DNA from: a virus
Taxonomy: Duplodnaviria > Caudoviricetes
IMG/VR virus record: IMGVR_UViG_2847686936_000003
Coordinates: 3,507-67,506 of that record
Reading direction: 5' to 3' (one strand)
DNA: 64,000 bases
The position numbers and the translations under genes were made by a program. Below, piece by piece: positions 35,746-45,215 of the stretch. The notes under the pieces are model-generated. The model worked only from the letters and a program-made list of their open reading frames with translations, did no database searches and had not been told where the DNA came from. Position 1 is the stretch's first letter. Each line of letters opens with the position of its first letter.

Positions 35746-36695
35746 ATGTCTGGGTTCCAGACGCAGGTTGCCTACAATCCCGCCCCCGCTGTCGAGGGCG
35801 ATTTCGCTTCCACCAATCCCGCTCTACAGTCCTTGCCGCCGCTGGCGCGCTGGTCTGCGGCGCGCTAGGTGCTGTCATCGGCCGCTTCGCCTGGCTGAGT
35901 TATGTCCAAGCCGACAGCGACAATGCGCCGGCCGTGGTCAACACCTTCGGCACCGGCCCGGTCGCAGGCTTCGTCCATCGCGAGCAGCAGGGCCTGATCG
36001 AGCAATACCTGCAGGAATCGACGATGCTGGTCCCGGCCGGCTTTCCCATCACCGTCTTCGATGGAGGCGATTTCTGGGTGAAGAACGCCGGCGCGACGCC
36101 TGCCCTGGTCGGCCAGAAGGTCTACGCCAACTATGCCGATGGCACGGCGACCGCTGCTCCGTCCGGCTCGCCGAATGGCGCGACCACTTCGGCCGGCTCC
36201 ATCGCAGCCGGGACCAGCGGCTTCCTGGGCTCCATCGTCGGCAATGTGCTGACGGTCACGACGGTCAACTCGGGCACGATCTGCCCCGGCACCACGATCT
36301 CGGGCACCGACGTCGTCTCCGGCACCAAGATCATACAGCAACTCACTGGTACCCCGGGCGGTGTGGGCACGTATGCGGTCAACATCCCCGACCAGGACGT
36401 CGACCCCGGTACAGAGATTTCCGGCACCTATGGCGTGTTCACGGCGGGCGGCACGATCGTTGGCGTCTTCGGCGTCGGCGACACGCTGACCGGCGCTGGC
36501 ATCACCGCCGTCACCACTATTACCCAGCAGCTCACTGGCCCAGCCGGTGGCGCTGGCACCTATGCGGTCGATGTCAACACCATAGTCAACGCGGCTGCGC
36601 TCACCGCGGCCACCAATGTTGAAACTAAGTGGACCGTGCGTTCCTTCGCGCAGCCCGGCGAGCTGATGAAGATCAGCTCTTGGCCTCAGGGCTAA
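35746..36695 (+). CDS. head decoration/cement protein with two beta-repeat inserts; 1-nt frameshift at ~35820
   Basis: MSGFQTQV...PAVEGDFASTNP joins RSTVLAAAGAL...GFVHREQQGLI...GDFW after adding one C; directly upstream of the capsid gene. Confidence 0.8.
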
Positions 36696-36754
36696 ACCCG
36701 CCGTCAATCTCGAAACCATGCGCCGCAAGTCGGCGATCTGTGAGGATAACCACC

Positions 36755-37849
36755 ATGAAATTTCACGACTTCGATCAGGCCGCTGCGGCGTGGACTCAGC
36801 ATCGCTCGATGTTCGAGCAGGCCGGTATCTACCTTCCCGATGCACGCGCCTACATCGTCGAGGCGTTCCGCACCAATCATCTCGCGATGGATGCACAGCC
36901 TCAGCTAGCGACAGCACCGAACGCCGGCATTCCGGCGTTCCTCACCACGCTTGTGGATCCTGAGGTCTACCGCATCCTTTTCGCCCCAACCAAAGCTGCC
37001 GAAATCTTCGGCGAAATTCGAAAGGGCACTTGGATCGACCAGACGGCGATGTTCCCCGTCGTTGAGCAGACCGGCGAAGTGTCGAGCTATGGCGACTACA
37101 ACGACAACGGCAGAGCCGGCGCCAACATGAATTGGCCGCAGCGCCAGTCCTATCTGTTCCAGACGATTTCCGAGTATGGCGAGCTGGAAATCGAGCGCGC
37201 CGGCCTTGGCCGCGTCAATTGGGTTGGCGAGGTGGATGGCGCCGGCGTCACGGTGCTCGCACGATTCCTCAACACGACCTACTTCAAGGGCGTGCAGGGC
37301 TTGCAGAACTATGGCCTTCTCAACGATCCGAACCTGGCGGCTCCGATCACCCCGGCGCCGAAGGCTTACGGCGGCGTGAAATGGATCAACAACGGCCAGA
37401 TCGTCGCCACCGCGAATGAGATCTATTCCGACCTCCAATCACTGTGGCTGCAGCTCGTTACCCAGACAGCCGGCCTGGTCGACCAGAACACCAAGATGAC
37501 ACTGGCCATGTCGCCGGAATCGCAGCTTGCCATGACCGCGACCAACTCGTTCAACGTCAATGTTGAGGACCTGCTCAAGAAAAACTTCCCGAACCTTCGC
37601 GTCGTCTCGGCGGTGCAATATAGGGCGGAGACAGCGATCAACCCGACGGGCATCTCAGCCGGCAACGTGGTTCAGTTCATTGCCGACGGCATCGATGGTC
37701 AGCAGACCGGCTATTGTGCGTTTAACGAAAAGCTCCGCGCTCATCCAATCGTGCGCGCGCTCTCCTCGTGGAAAAAGAAAATGTCCAGCGGCACCTGGGG
37801 CGCGATCATCCGGCAGCCGACGGGCATTTCCCAGATGGTGGGCGTTTAG
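36755..37849 (+). CDS. major capsid protein (DUF2184 / encapsulin-like HK97 fold)
   Basis: LAMDAQP..TAPNAGIPAFLTT..DP...KGTW...EQTGEVSSYGDY...YGLLNDPNL...TWGAIIRQP. Confidence 0.9.
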   Translation: MKFHDFDQAAAAWTQHRSMFEQAGIYLPDARAYIVEAFRTNHLAMDAQPQLATAPNAGIPAFLTTLVDPEVYRILFAPTKAAEIFGEIRKGTWIDQTAMFPVVEQTGEVSSYGDYNDNGRAGANMNWPQRQSYLFQTISEYGELEIERAGLGRVNWVGEVDGAGVTVLARFLNTTYFKGVQGLQNYGLLNDPNLAAPITPAPKAYGGVKWINNGQIVATANEIYSDLQSLWLQLVTQTAGLVDQNTKMTLAMSPESQLAMTATNSFNVNVEDLLKKNFPNLRVVSAVQYRAETAINPTGISAGNVVQFIADGIDGQQTGYCAFNEKLRAHPIVRALSSWKKKMSSGTWGAIIRQPTGISQMVGV

Positions 37850-38115
37850 ATGGCGTAGAGATAGTATTGCGCGCCCCAATACGAGCCGCATTCATCCACT
37901 GGTTTGGGGCTGGGACGAAGTAGGCTTGCGCCTAAGGCGTTCCAGACAGGCGACCGCTGCACGGCTTCAAGGATTGCAGGAACACTACAGCGTCATACGG
38001 CAACAACATACGCGCTTGTGCCGCAAGTCTGCTCACCAGTTCTTGTTGGCGGGCAATGATTTGCTCGCCTTCACGGTCTCTGCCATCTCGACTGGTGTTC
38101 CCGTCGGCATAGCAC

Positions 38116-38273
38116 CTATCGGCGCTTGATCTCCGCACCGTGGGCGATCAAACCTGCCTCGTCCGTGGTTCCAGCCTGAAAGCGCCGAGCAGAATTGAAG
38201 CTAACCATTCCCTCTCAGCAGCATGCGCGTTAACCGCGAGAACCTTTTTCAAGACGCGTTCAATCATGGCCAT
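38116..38273 (-). pseudogene. small rhizobial hypothetical gene with a 1-nt frameshift at ~38178
   Basis: MAMIERVLKKV...ILLGAF joins QAGTTDEAGLIAH... if one C is added. Confidence 0.35.
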
Positions 38274-38519
38274 ATCATCTGGTCCGATGTTTCCTTGGGA
38301 TCAAAGCCGCTGCCGGCTCCGCAGCTTGTCCTGCCTGCTTGCCGGCTGCCGCGGGGTTTTGCCTGCGCTGTGCTGGCTTGAGGCTCGGCTGCTGCAGCGG
38401 CGCAAGGCCGTTTACGGACAGCGAGTGGCCAATGTCTCATCCAAAATGAATGAGGCTTGAAGCATCATGATATTTGTATTATCCATTGATACCGCAGACT
38501 CAGACAAAGGTTCTGGCCG

Positions 38520-38789
38520 ATGATCACTGCTGCGCAGATGCGCGCCGCGAGGGCGTTGGCCGGTATCGACCAGCGAACTCTTGCCGAGCGCGCCGGAGTT
38601 TCGCTTCCGACGATACAGCGCATGGAGGCGAGCGAGGGTGTCGTGCGAGGCGTTGTCGACACGTTGATGAAGGTCATCCAGGCCCTTGACGAGGTTGGCG
38701 TGGAACTGATCGGCGAGAACCAGACCAGCGAGCGCGGCGGCAGGGGCGTACGCCTCAAGGCCACCGTGGCGCAGAACCCGCAAGGCTGA
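38520..38789 (+). CDS. XRE-family HTH regulator
   Basis: MITAAQMRAARALAGIDQRTLAERAGVSLPTIQRME...GGRGVRL. Confidence 0.9.
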   Translation: MITAAQMRAARALAGIDQRTLAERAGVSLPTIQRMEASEGVVRGVVDTLMKVIQALDEVGVELIGENQTSERGGRGVRLKATVAQNPQG

Positions 38790-38915
38790 GCCGCAACCGC
38801 ATCCGCCCCGGAAACCCTTGCCGGTTTCGGGCAGCGCAATGCGGGGTCGCAACAGTTATCGCGACGGCGACCGCCGACATGCAGCCGACGATCCCGCCGC
38901 CCTTTGGAGCGGAAT

Positions 38916-40649
38916 ATGGTCATGGATCAGGCTCGGCCTGCAATTCACCATCAAGCACGGCCGACATTCGCCGAGCTGTTCACACCAAAGCTGGTGACGG
39001 TGCTGCGCGAGGGCTACCACCTCAAGCAGCTGAGGGCGGATGTGATCGCCGGCCTGACAGTCGCCATCGTGGCGCTGCCGCTGTCGATGGCGATCGCGAT
39101 CGCCTCGCATGTGGAGCCCGAGCGCGGACTGTTTACGGCGATCATCGGCGGTTCCATCGTCGGCGCGCTTGGCGGCAGCAGGTTCCAGATCGGCGGGCCG
39201 GCCGGCGCCTTCATCGTGGTCGTGGCCTCCGCTGTCGATCAGCACGGCGTTGACGGACTGATCCTGGCAATGCTCATGGCCGGCGCCTTCCTGCTCGCGG
39301 CCGGTTATCTGAGGCTCGGCGCCTATGTGAAATTCATTCCCTATCCGGTGACCGTTGGTTTCACCGCGGGCATTGCCGTGATCATTCTGTCCAGCCAGTT
39401 GCATGACCTGTTCGGCCTCACTCTGCCGGGGAAGGAGCCCGGCGACCTGTTGCCCAGGCTTATCGCACTTGGCAGGGCGGCCGGAACGGTAAATCCAGCG
39501 GCCATTGCCGTCGCCACGCTGACGATAGGGATCATCGTGGGCATGAAGCGCTGGCGGCCTTCATGGCCCGGCCTCCTGGTCGCGGTGGCGGCGGCCTCGC
39601 TCGCCACGACGCTTCTCGGCCTTCCCGTCGAAACGATCGGCACTCAGTTCGGCGGCATTCCGCGGATCTTGCCCGACCCGACTCTGCCGGCCTTCGACGC
39701 GCATAAGCTCGTCTCCGCAATACCCGACGCAATTTCCTTTGCCCTGCTCGGAGCAATCGAATCGCTGCTGTCGGCCGTGGTCGCGGACGGCATGACCGGC
39801 CGACGGCACCGCTCCAACTGCGAACTGGTGGCGCAGGGCATCGCCAATATCGGCTCGGCGCTGTTCGGCGGGATCTGCGTGACCGGACTGATCGCGCGCA
39901 CGGCGACCAACATCCGCGCCGGCGCGCATGGACCGTTGTCGGGGATATTCCATTCCGCCTTTCTGCTGCTGTTCATGGTGGTGGCTGCCCCGCTTGCCAG
40001 CTACATCCCGCTGGCGGCGCTCGCCGGGGTGCTGGCCACCGTGGCCTGGAACATGGTGGAGAAGCCCGCCTTCTTGGCGCTGATCCGATCGTCCTGGGGC
40101 GATGCCCTGGTGCTGCTGGTAACCTTCGGACTTGTCATCTTCCGCGACCTCACCACCGGCATCGTGATCGGTTTTGCGCTGGGCGCCTTGCTGTTCATCG
40201 GTAGGATGGCACGTTCGGTCGAGGTAGAAGCGCATGTCCCGCCGGTGACGGACGACCGCGCCGATGATGAGAACGGCGGCCGCCTCGCCTACGATCTTGG
40301 CTCAGCCACGGATCCCGACACCGTCATCTATCGCATATCCGGTGCTTTCTTCTTCGGCGCGGCGGCAACGGTCGCCACGGTGCTCGACCGCATCGCGGAC
40401 CAGAGCAAGAACTTCATACTCGACTGCTCGGCAGTGCCTTTTCTCGATTCGACCGCGGCAAACGTGATTGAAAGCACCGTGCACAAGGCAGGGCGGGCCG
40501 GAGGACGCTTCATCATCGCGGGCGCCTCGTCGCAGGTGAGGCGCACACTGATAAGCCATGGCGTCAAGCGGCCGCTGGTGACCTATGCCGCCTCGATCCG
40601 TGACGCGCGGGCGCAGCTGGACGAAAAAGCGGAGACGCGGCTCGGCTAG
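38916..40649 (+). CDS. sulP: SulP/SLC26 anion permease with STAS domain (moron)
   Basis: DVIAGLTVAIVALPLSMAIAIAS...GGSRFQIGGPAGA...IESLLSAVVAD...ELVAQGIAN...C-terminal STAS (FFGAA, LDSTA). Confidence 0.93.
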   Translation: MVMDQARPAIHHQARPTFAELFTPKLVTVLREGYHLKQLRADVIAGLTVAIVALPLSMAIAIASHVEPERGLFTAIIGGSIVGALGGSRFQIGGPAGAFIVVVASAVDQHGVDGLILAMLMAGAFLLAAGYLRLGAYVKFIPYPVTVGFTAGIAVIILSSQLHDLFGLTLPGKEPGDLLPRLIALGRAAGTVNPAAIAVATLTIGIIVGMKRWRPSWPGLLVAVAAASLATTLLGLPVETIGTQFGGIPRILPDPTLPAFDAHKLVSAIPDAISFALLGAIESLLSAVVADGMTGRRHRSNCELVAQGIANIGSALFGGICVTGLIARTATNIRAGAHGPLSGIFHSAFLLLFMVVAAPLASYIPLAALAGVLATVAWNMVEKPAFLALIRSSWGDALVLLVTFGLVIFRDLTTGIVIGFALGALLFIGRMARSVEVEAHVPPVTDDRADDENGGRLAYDLGSATDPDTVIYRISGAFFFGAAATVATVLDRIADQSKNFILDCSAVPFLDSTAANVIESTVHKAGRAGGRFIIAGASSQVRRTLISHGVKRPLVTYAASIRDARAQLDEKAETRLG

Positions 40650-40980
40650 CTTCGGATTGGCGCGCGCGGCGATCAGGCAGCAGGGGACGGAAGGCTTTGG
40701 CGTATGAGTTCGGGGCTCTGACTAAACGGGACTGAGGTGGGTAGCGAGCAGTCGAGCCGTCCCGACTCTTCTATGCCCGAGGCACAAACAGCGCCCGATT
40801 ATCACCCAGACCGAACTCTCCGGCAATCGGCGATTGGATTCGGCGAGGGGCACCATCATCTTCGCGGATGCTCTGAGCAAAACGGCCGCCCACGGCTGTG
40901 AGCTGCGTTCGATTCCCAGCATCCGCTCCACTGACGCCATCGGCGACGGCCACCGTTTTTCCACCAACCGGAGTAAATCA

Positions 40981-41415
40981 ATGTCCACGACTGTCACTGT
41001 TGCCTGCAAGCTTCCGCATGGCCTCGTTCTGCGCCTTCACGAGATGGTCGAGCAGAACGAACCGACCGCCGGCGGCAGCTTTCGGAAGGTGAAACGCGCC
41101 CAGGTCATCGGCGAGCCCGTTGTCCTGAAAGGCTACCTGCGCCGCTTCGACCGCCGCAAGGAGCCCGCCCCGATGGCCCAGGACAGCGACTACGCCCTGA
41201 CCTATGGCGTCGATGCTGATTTCTTCAAGAAGTGGCTCGAGCAGAACAAGGACCTCGACGCGGTCAGGAACAACCTCGTCTGGGCCCATACCGAGACTGA
41301 CATGGTCGAGGGCTTCATCAAGGAGCATGAGGCGCAGAAGTCGGGACTCGAGCCGATCGATCCCCACAACCTGCCGCGTGGCATCCAGGCCTACAAGGCG
41401 GATGCCGCGGCCTGA
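40981..41415 (+). CDS. virion structural hypothetical protein
   Basis: VTVACKLPHGL...LTYGVDADFFKKW; resumes the structural operon. Confidence 0.75.
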   Translation: MSTTVTVACKLPHGLVLRLHEMVEQNEPTAGGSFRKVKRAQVIGEPVVLKGYLRRFDRRKEPAPMAQDSDYALTYGVDADFFKKWLEQNKDLDAVRNNLVWAHTETDMVEGFIKEHEAQKSGLEPIDPHNLPRGIQAYKADAAA

Positions 41416-41440
41416 CACGCAACCCCCAGGGAGGTTCGCC

Positions 41441-41866
41441 GTGGGCGTTATCGTCGAGTTCAGCTTCGCGAACTTCATCGCGATCTACCCTCAGTTCGCA
41501 ACGCTCAGCCAGCCGCAGGTTTTGCAGGGCGCGCTCCCGGTTGCGACGCTCTACTGCCGCAATGACGGCGGCGGCCCCGTCACCAAGACCGAGACGCAGA
41601 CCACGCTCCTCAACCTCATGGTCGCCCACATCTGCCAGCTCATGTACGGCGCCAACGGTCAGGCGCCGGCCGGGATCGTGGGACGCGTCTCGAATGCTGC
41701 CGAGGGCAGCGTGTCGGTGCAGGCCGACTTCCCCGTTACGCCTAACAACGCCTGGTTCATGCAAACCGCGTTCGGCGCGGCCTATTGGCAGGCCACTGCC
41801 GCCTACCGGACCATGCGCTACATGCCCGGACCGCGACGCGCCTACAACCCCTGGCCTAATCGCTAG
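41441..41866 (+). CDS. DUF4054 head-tail adaptor
   Basis: FIAIYPQF...LLNLMVAH...GRVSNAAEGSVSV...WFMQTAFGAAYWQA. Confidence 0.85.
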   Translation: MGVIVEFSFANFIAIYPQFATLSQPQVLQGALPVATLYCRNDGGGPVTKTETQTTLLNLMVAHICQLMYGANGQAPAGIVGRVSNAAEGSVSVQADFPVTPNNAWFMQTAFGAAYWQATAAYRTMRYMPGPRRAYNPWPNR

Positions 41867-42263
41867 CGGGTTGCGTGGGTGTGTCGGTTGGGAGCTGTTC
41901 ATTCATCAACGTGGATATCGCCGTGATGATCTGCGGCATGAAGAACGGTTTGGTGATCATGATGCTGTTCGGAACGCCTTCGGCGCCCCACTGGCTGGCG
42001 CTATCGCCGCTGACATAAACAACCGGGATCGTGGAATTAACCTGACGTACATGGCGAGCGACCTCCCAACCGGAGGGACCGGGGCCAAGACGTACGTCAG
42101 AAACTAGCGCTTTGAATGCGTCCGGCGCTTCGTCAAATGCCGCGATAGCGGCAGATGCGCTGCCAACGCCGACCACCTCGAAGCCCGCTTCCTCCAGCCC
42201 TGTTTCAAGATCGAGCAAGATCATTGTCTCGTCTTCAACGACCAGAACAGCGCCGTTGCTCAT
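41856..42263 (-). CDS. single-domain response regulator receiver (moron)
   Basis: VLVVEDE...LVSDVRLG (phosphoacceptor D)...VSG...KPF. Confidence 0.9.
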   Translation of the reverse strand: MSNGAVLVVEDETMILLDLETGLEEAGFEVVGVGSASAAIAAFDEAPDAFKALVSDVRLGPGPSGWEVARHVRQVNSTIPVVYVSGDSASQWGAEGVPNSIMITKPFFMPQIITAISTLMNEQLPTDTPTQPASD

Positions 42264-42340
42264 GTGAGGCGTCCCCGAGGTCACCGCTAACCCGCAACGA
42301 GTGCTTTAGTTCCAGCGATATAAGTGAAAGGACCATTCTC

Positions 42341-42739
42341 ATGGACATTCTTGCTCAGTTGTTGCGCGAGTTCCGCGTCTTCCGCAAGCATGCGGAAGAT
42401 CGCATCCAGACCCTTGAGCGCAGCCTGCGCCTCGCTTCCCCGGCACCGCTTGTGGATGCGCCGGAGACGCCCGCCACCTCCACGGCGGCCGCAGATGGTG
42501 CGGCAGGGGCGACCGGCGCGACGGGCGCGACTGGCGCGACCGAGACAATCGGTGCCACTGGTGCCACTGGCGCCACCGGCGCGGCCGTCGACAGCGGAGC
42601 GACCGGCGCCGCGGCCGACGTCGCCGCAACTGGTGCCACCGGAGCTACCGGCCCCGCCGATTCCGCGGTTGACGCGAAGGCCAAGGCAAAGGCGAAAACC
42701 GCCGATCAGCCCGGCGACCAGAGCGCACCCAGCGCGTAA
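42341..42739 (+). CDS. collagen-like (GAT)n repeat protein
   Basis: GATGATGATGA...GATGATGATGA triplets after a coiled N-terminus. Confidence 0.7.
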   Translation: MDILAQLLREFRVFRKHAEDRIQTLERSLRLASPAPLVDAPETPATSTAAADGAAGATGATGATGATETIGATGATGATGAAVDSGATGAAADVAATGATGATGPADSAVDAKAKAKAKTADQPGDQSAPSA

Positions 42740-42743
42740 AGCG

Positions 42744-43187
42744 ATGGTGAAGCTCTCCGGCGGCGACAAGCTCGCCGCGAAGCTGGCCGAGATCGCGAAG
42801 AACCTCCAGAATGCCGTTTCGGTCGACGTCGGCTTCCTGGAGGGCGCGACCTATCCCGACGGCACTTCCGTCCCGCTGGTTGCGGCGCTGAATGAATTTG
42901 GCACCCGCGACACGCCACCCCGCCCGTTCTTCCGGGGCATGATCGACGACAAGAGCCCCGAATGGCCCGACGCCGTGGGCAATCTCCTGGTCGCGAACGG
43001 CTACGACGCCGAAAAGACGCTGGGCCAGACGGGCGAGGCCATCAAGGGCCAGTTGCAGGCGGCGATCACCGCCTATGACGGCCCGCCGCTGCAGCCCGCC
43101 ACCATCGCCCGCAAGGGCAACGACAAGCAGCTCGTCGACACCGGCCACATGCTGGCGTCGGTCGACTATGCCGTCAAGAAATCCTGA
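42744..43187 (+). CDS. neck / tail-completion protein
   Basis: VDVGFLEGATYPDGTSVPLVAALNEFG...PPRPFFR...QLVDTGHM. Confidence 0.8.
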   Translation: MVKLSGGDKLAAKLAEIAKNLQNAVSVDVGFLEGATYPDGTSVPLVAALNEFGTRDTPPRPFFRGMIDDKSPEWPDAVGNLLVANGYDAEKTLGQTGEAIKGQLQAAITAYDGPPLQPATIARKGNDKQLVDTGHMLASVDYAVKKS

Positions 43188-43204
43188 ACCCGGAGACCAC
43201 TACG

Positions 43205-43786
43205 ATGAGGGCCATCCTTTTCTCGAGCAACCTCGGCGACATTCCTGCCGACCTGGCATTCAAGAACAATTTCTCGGCCGTGACCGATCCGGCCGCCACC
43301 GACGACTCGAGCGAGGGTTATCAGGTCGGCTCGGCCTGGGTGAACACCGCGACCGACACTGCCTTTGTCTGCGTCGACGCGACCCCTGGCGCTGCCATCT
43401 GGACCGCCACGGCGCAGGTCGGCAGCACGCAGGGCGATCCGGCGGCGCACACCGTCTCCGGCACGCTCACGCCCGCCGATTTGCTCGCCCGCATCATCAC
43501 CATCGACCAGGGTGGCGGCGCGGCCTCCCTGCAGCAGCTCCCGACCGGTGCCGCCCTCCAAGCGGCGCTGCCGGCCGACTTCCCGTTCAACGACTCCTTC
43601 GATGTCTCGGTGATCAACACCTCCATCGTCGATGCCGAGGATGCGACCATCACCACCAACGACGGCATGACGCTGATCGGGTCGATGGACTTCCCGGCGC
43701 ACAGCAGCCCCACGATCCCGTCGAGCGGCATCTTGCGTTTCCGCAACACGGGCGCCGGCACCTTCACGGTCTACCGCGTCGGCTGA
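43205..43786 (+). CDS. virion structural hypothetical protein
   Basis: In the structural operon; T/A/G-rich. Confidence 0.7.
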   Translation: MRAILFSSNLGDIPADLAFKNNFSAVTDPAATDDSSEGYQVGSAWVNTATDTAFVCVDATPGAAIWTATAQVGSTQGDPAAHTVSGTLTPADLLARIITIDQGGGAASLQQLPTGAALQAALPADFPFNDSFDVSVINTSIVDAEDATITTNDGMTLIGSMDFPAHSSPTIPSSGILRFRNTGAGTFTVYRVG

Positions 43787-43792
43787 TCGACC

Positions 43793-44185
43793 ATGAACCT
43801 GCACGGGATCGTCTCGGCGGCGATCGGGACGGTGAACCCGTTCGTGACCGCCAGGCTGAAACGGTCCAGCGGCTACACCACGGCGGCCGACGGCACGCGC
43901 ACCCCGAGCTTTGTCGACGTGCCCAGCGTCTCTCTGCAGGCGCAGTCGCTTACCTACAACGATCTGCAGCTGCTCGACGGGCTCAACATTCAGGGCGTGC
44001 GCCGCGCCGTCTACCTCAACGGTTCGGCCCTCGGCGTGGTGCGAGAGCTGCAAGTCGGCGGCGATCTCTTTGTCTTCCCCGCCGGCACTTTCCCGGAAGG
44101 CGACACCTGGCTCGTAGCACTCGTGCTCGAGTCGTGGCCCGACTGGTGCAAGTGCGCCGTGACCCTGCAAATGGATGGAGCCTGA
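43793..44185 (+). CDS. head closure / head-tail joining protein
   Basis: MNLHGIVSAAIGTVNP...QAQSL...LNIQG...GGD...VLESWPDW. Confidence 0.75.
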   Translation: MNLHGIVSAAIGTVNPFVTARLKRSSGYTTAADGTRTPSFVDVPSVSLQAQSLTYNDLQLLDGLNIQGVRRAVYLNGSALGVVRELQVGGDLFVFPAGTFPEGDTWLVALVLESWPDWCKCAVTLQMDGA

Positions 44186-44186
44186 T

Positions 44187-44459
44187 ATGGCGAACGGAAC
44201 CTTCATGGTGCCATGCCCCGCCGGCCAGTGGACTAAGGTCGCCGACGGGGCCAACTATTCATCGGCTCTGTTGCAGGTGACAAGCATAGGCGGCGTGCTG
44301 GCAGCGATCGCCGACAGCCAGCCTGCGGAGGGTGCCTCGAACGGCGTCCTGCTCTCCCAGAGCTTCGTTCCGTTCCCGCTCGCCGCCGGCGACCAGGTCT
44401 GGTGCCAGCCGGTCGGCGCCAGCGAGGCCACGGTGCGCGGGATCGGCACCAGCGTCTGA
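44187..44459 (+). CDS. small structural protein
   Basis: Coupled ORF in the structural operon. Confidence 0.65.
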   Translation: MANGTFMVPCPAGQWTKVADGANYSSALLQVTSIGGVLAAIADSQPAEGASNGVLLSQSFVPFPLAAGDQVWCQPVGASEATVRGIGTSV

Positions 44460-45190
44460 TGAGCGGCCCGGTCCCCAGCCAGTCTGGCATCCAGACGGTC
44501 CTGCGCAGCTTTCTGCTGCAAATCCTGCCCGCCGGCGTCGAGGTGATATCGGCGCAGGACAACCGCGTCCCGGAGCCGGCTGGCGATTTCGTCACCATGA
44601 CGGTGAGCCGCCGCGGTCGCCTCTCGACCAACGTCGACACCTATCAGGACTGCGCCTTTGAGGCCTCCATCGCCGATGCGGTGATGACAGTCACTCAGGT
44701 CTCCTTCGGCGCGCTCCTGGTAGGGGCGAGCGTCTTCGGAACGCCGGTGACAGCAGGCACGGTGATCAGCGAGCAGACCGGCGGTATGCCGAGCGGCGTC
44801 GGAACCTATACCATCACGCCGGCGCAGACCGTGCCAGCGCAGATCCTGTCGAGCGGTGCCGAGACCATCGTGCAACCCACCGACGTCGTCATCCAGCTTG
44901 ACGTGCACAGCGCGTCCGATGGCAGCGCGTCCGACATGGCGCAGACGATCGCCACCCTGATCCGCGATGAGCGGGCGACTCGGTATTTCGCGGATGCCGG
45001 CATGGATGGCGCGCCGCTCTATGCTGACGATCCCAAGCAGGTCCCGTTCTTCAACGGCGAGCAGCAATACGAGACCCGCTACGTCGTCGACGTGCACCTG
45101 CAGGCCAACCAGGCAATTGGCCTGCCACAGCAATTCGCCGACCAAGCCGTGATCGACGTCGCCAACGTCGAAACGACTTTCCCGGCCTGA
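44459..45190 (+). CDS. tail terminator / neck protein with one beta-repeat insert
   Basis: QDNRVPEP...IQLDVH...PLYADDP...EQQYETRY. Confidence 0.75.
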   Translation: MSGPVPSQSGIQTVLRSFLLQILPAGVEVISAQDNRVPEPAGDFVTMTVSRRGRLSTNVDTYQDCAFEASIADAVMTVTQVSFGALLVGASVFGTPVTAGTVISEQTGGMPSGVGTYTITPAQTVPAQILSSGAETIVQPTDVVIQLDVHSASDGSASDMAQTIATLIRDERATRYFADAGMDGAPLYADDPKQVPFFNGEQQYETRYVVDVHLQANQAIGLPQQFADQAVIDVANVETTFPA

Positions 45191-45215
45191 CCCTCAAACA
45201 GAAAGGACCTGGTCC

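Noticed and set aside
7741-38273. Apparent pseudogenisation or programmed frameshifting in rep (~8195), MTase (~11301), ankyrin-cytochrome c (~15301), higB (~33390), decoration protein (~35820) and a small ORF (~38178)
   Set aside because: Each is repaired by a single-base change at a short homopolymer with both halves otherwise intact. This is the signature of long-read assembly error, so it is not claimed as biology without read inspection.
38465-38923. Minus-strand ORF overlapping the XRE gene, and the many long GC-rich antisense ORFs over terL, portal, capsid, sheath and tape measure
   Set aside because: Shadow ORFs expected opposite real genes in high-GC DNA; R/A/P-rich with no recognisable motifs
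40825-40855. tRNA 3'-end-like sequence (…ggcgaggggcacca) as a possible att remnant
   Set aside because: No pairing T-stem or TTCGA loop, and no second copy in the window
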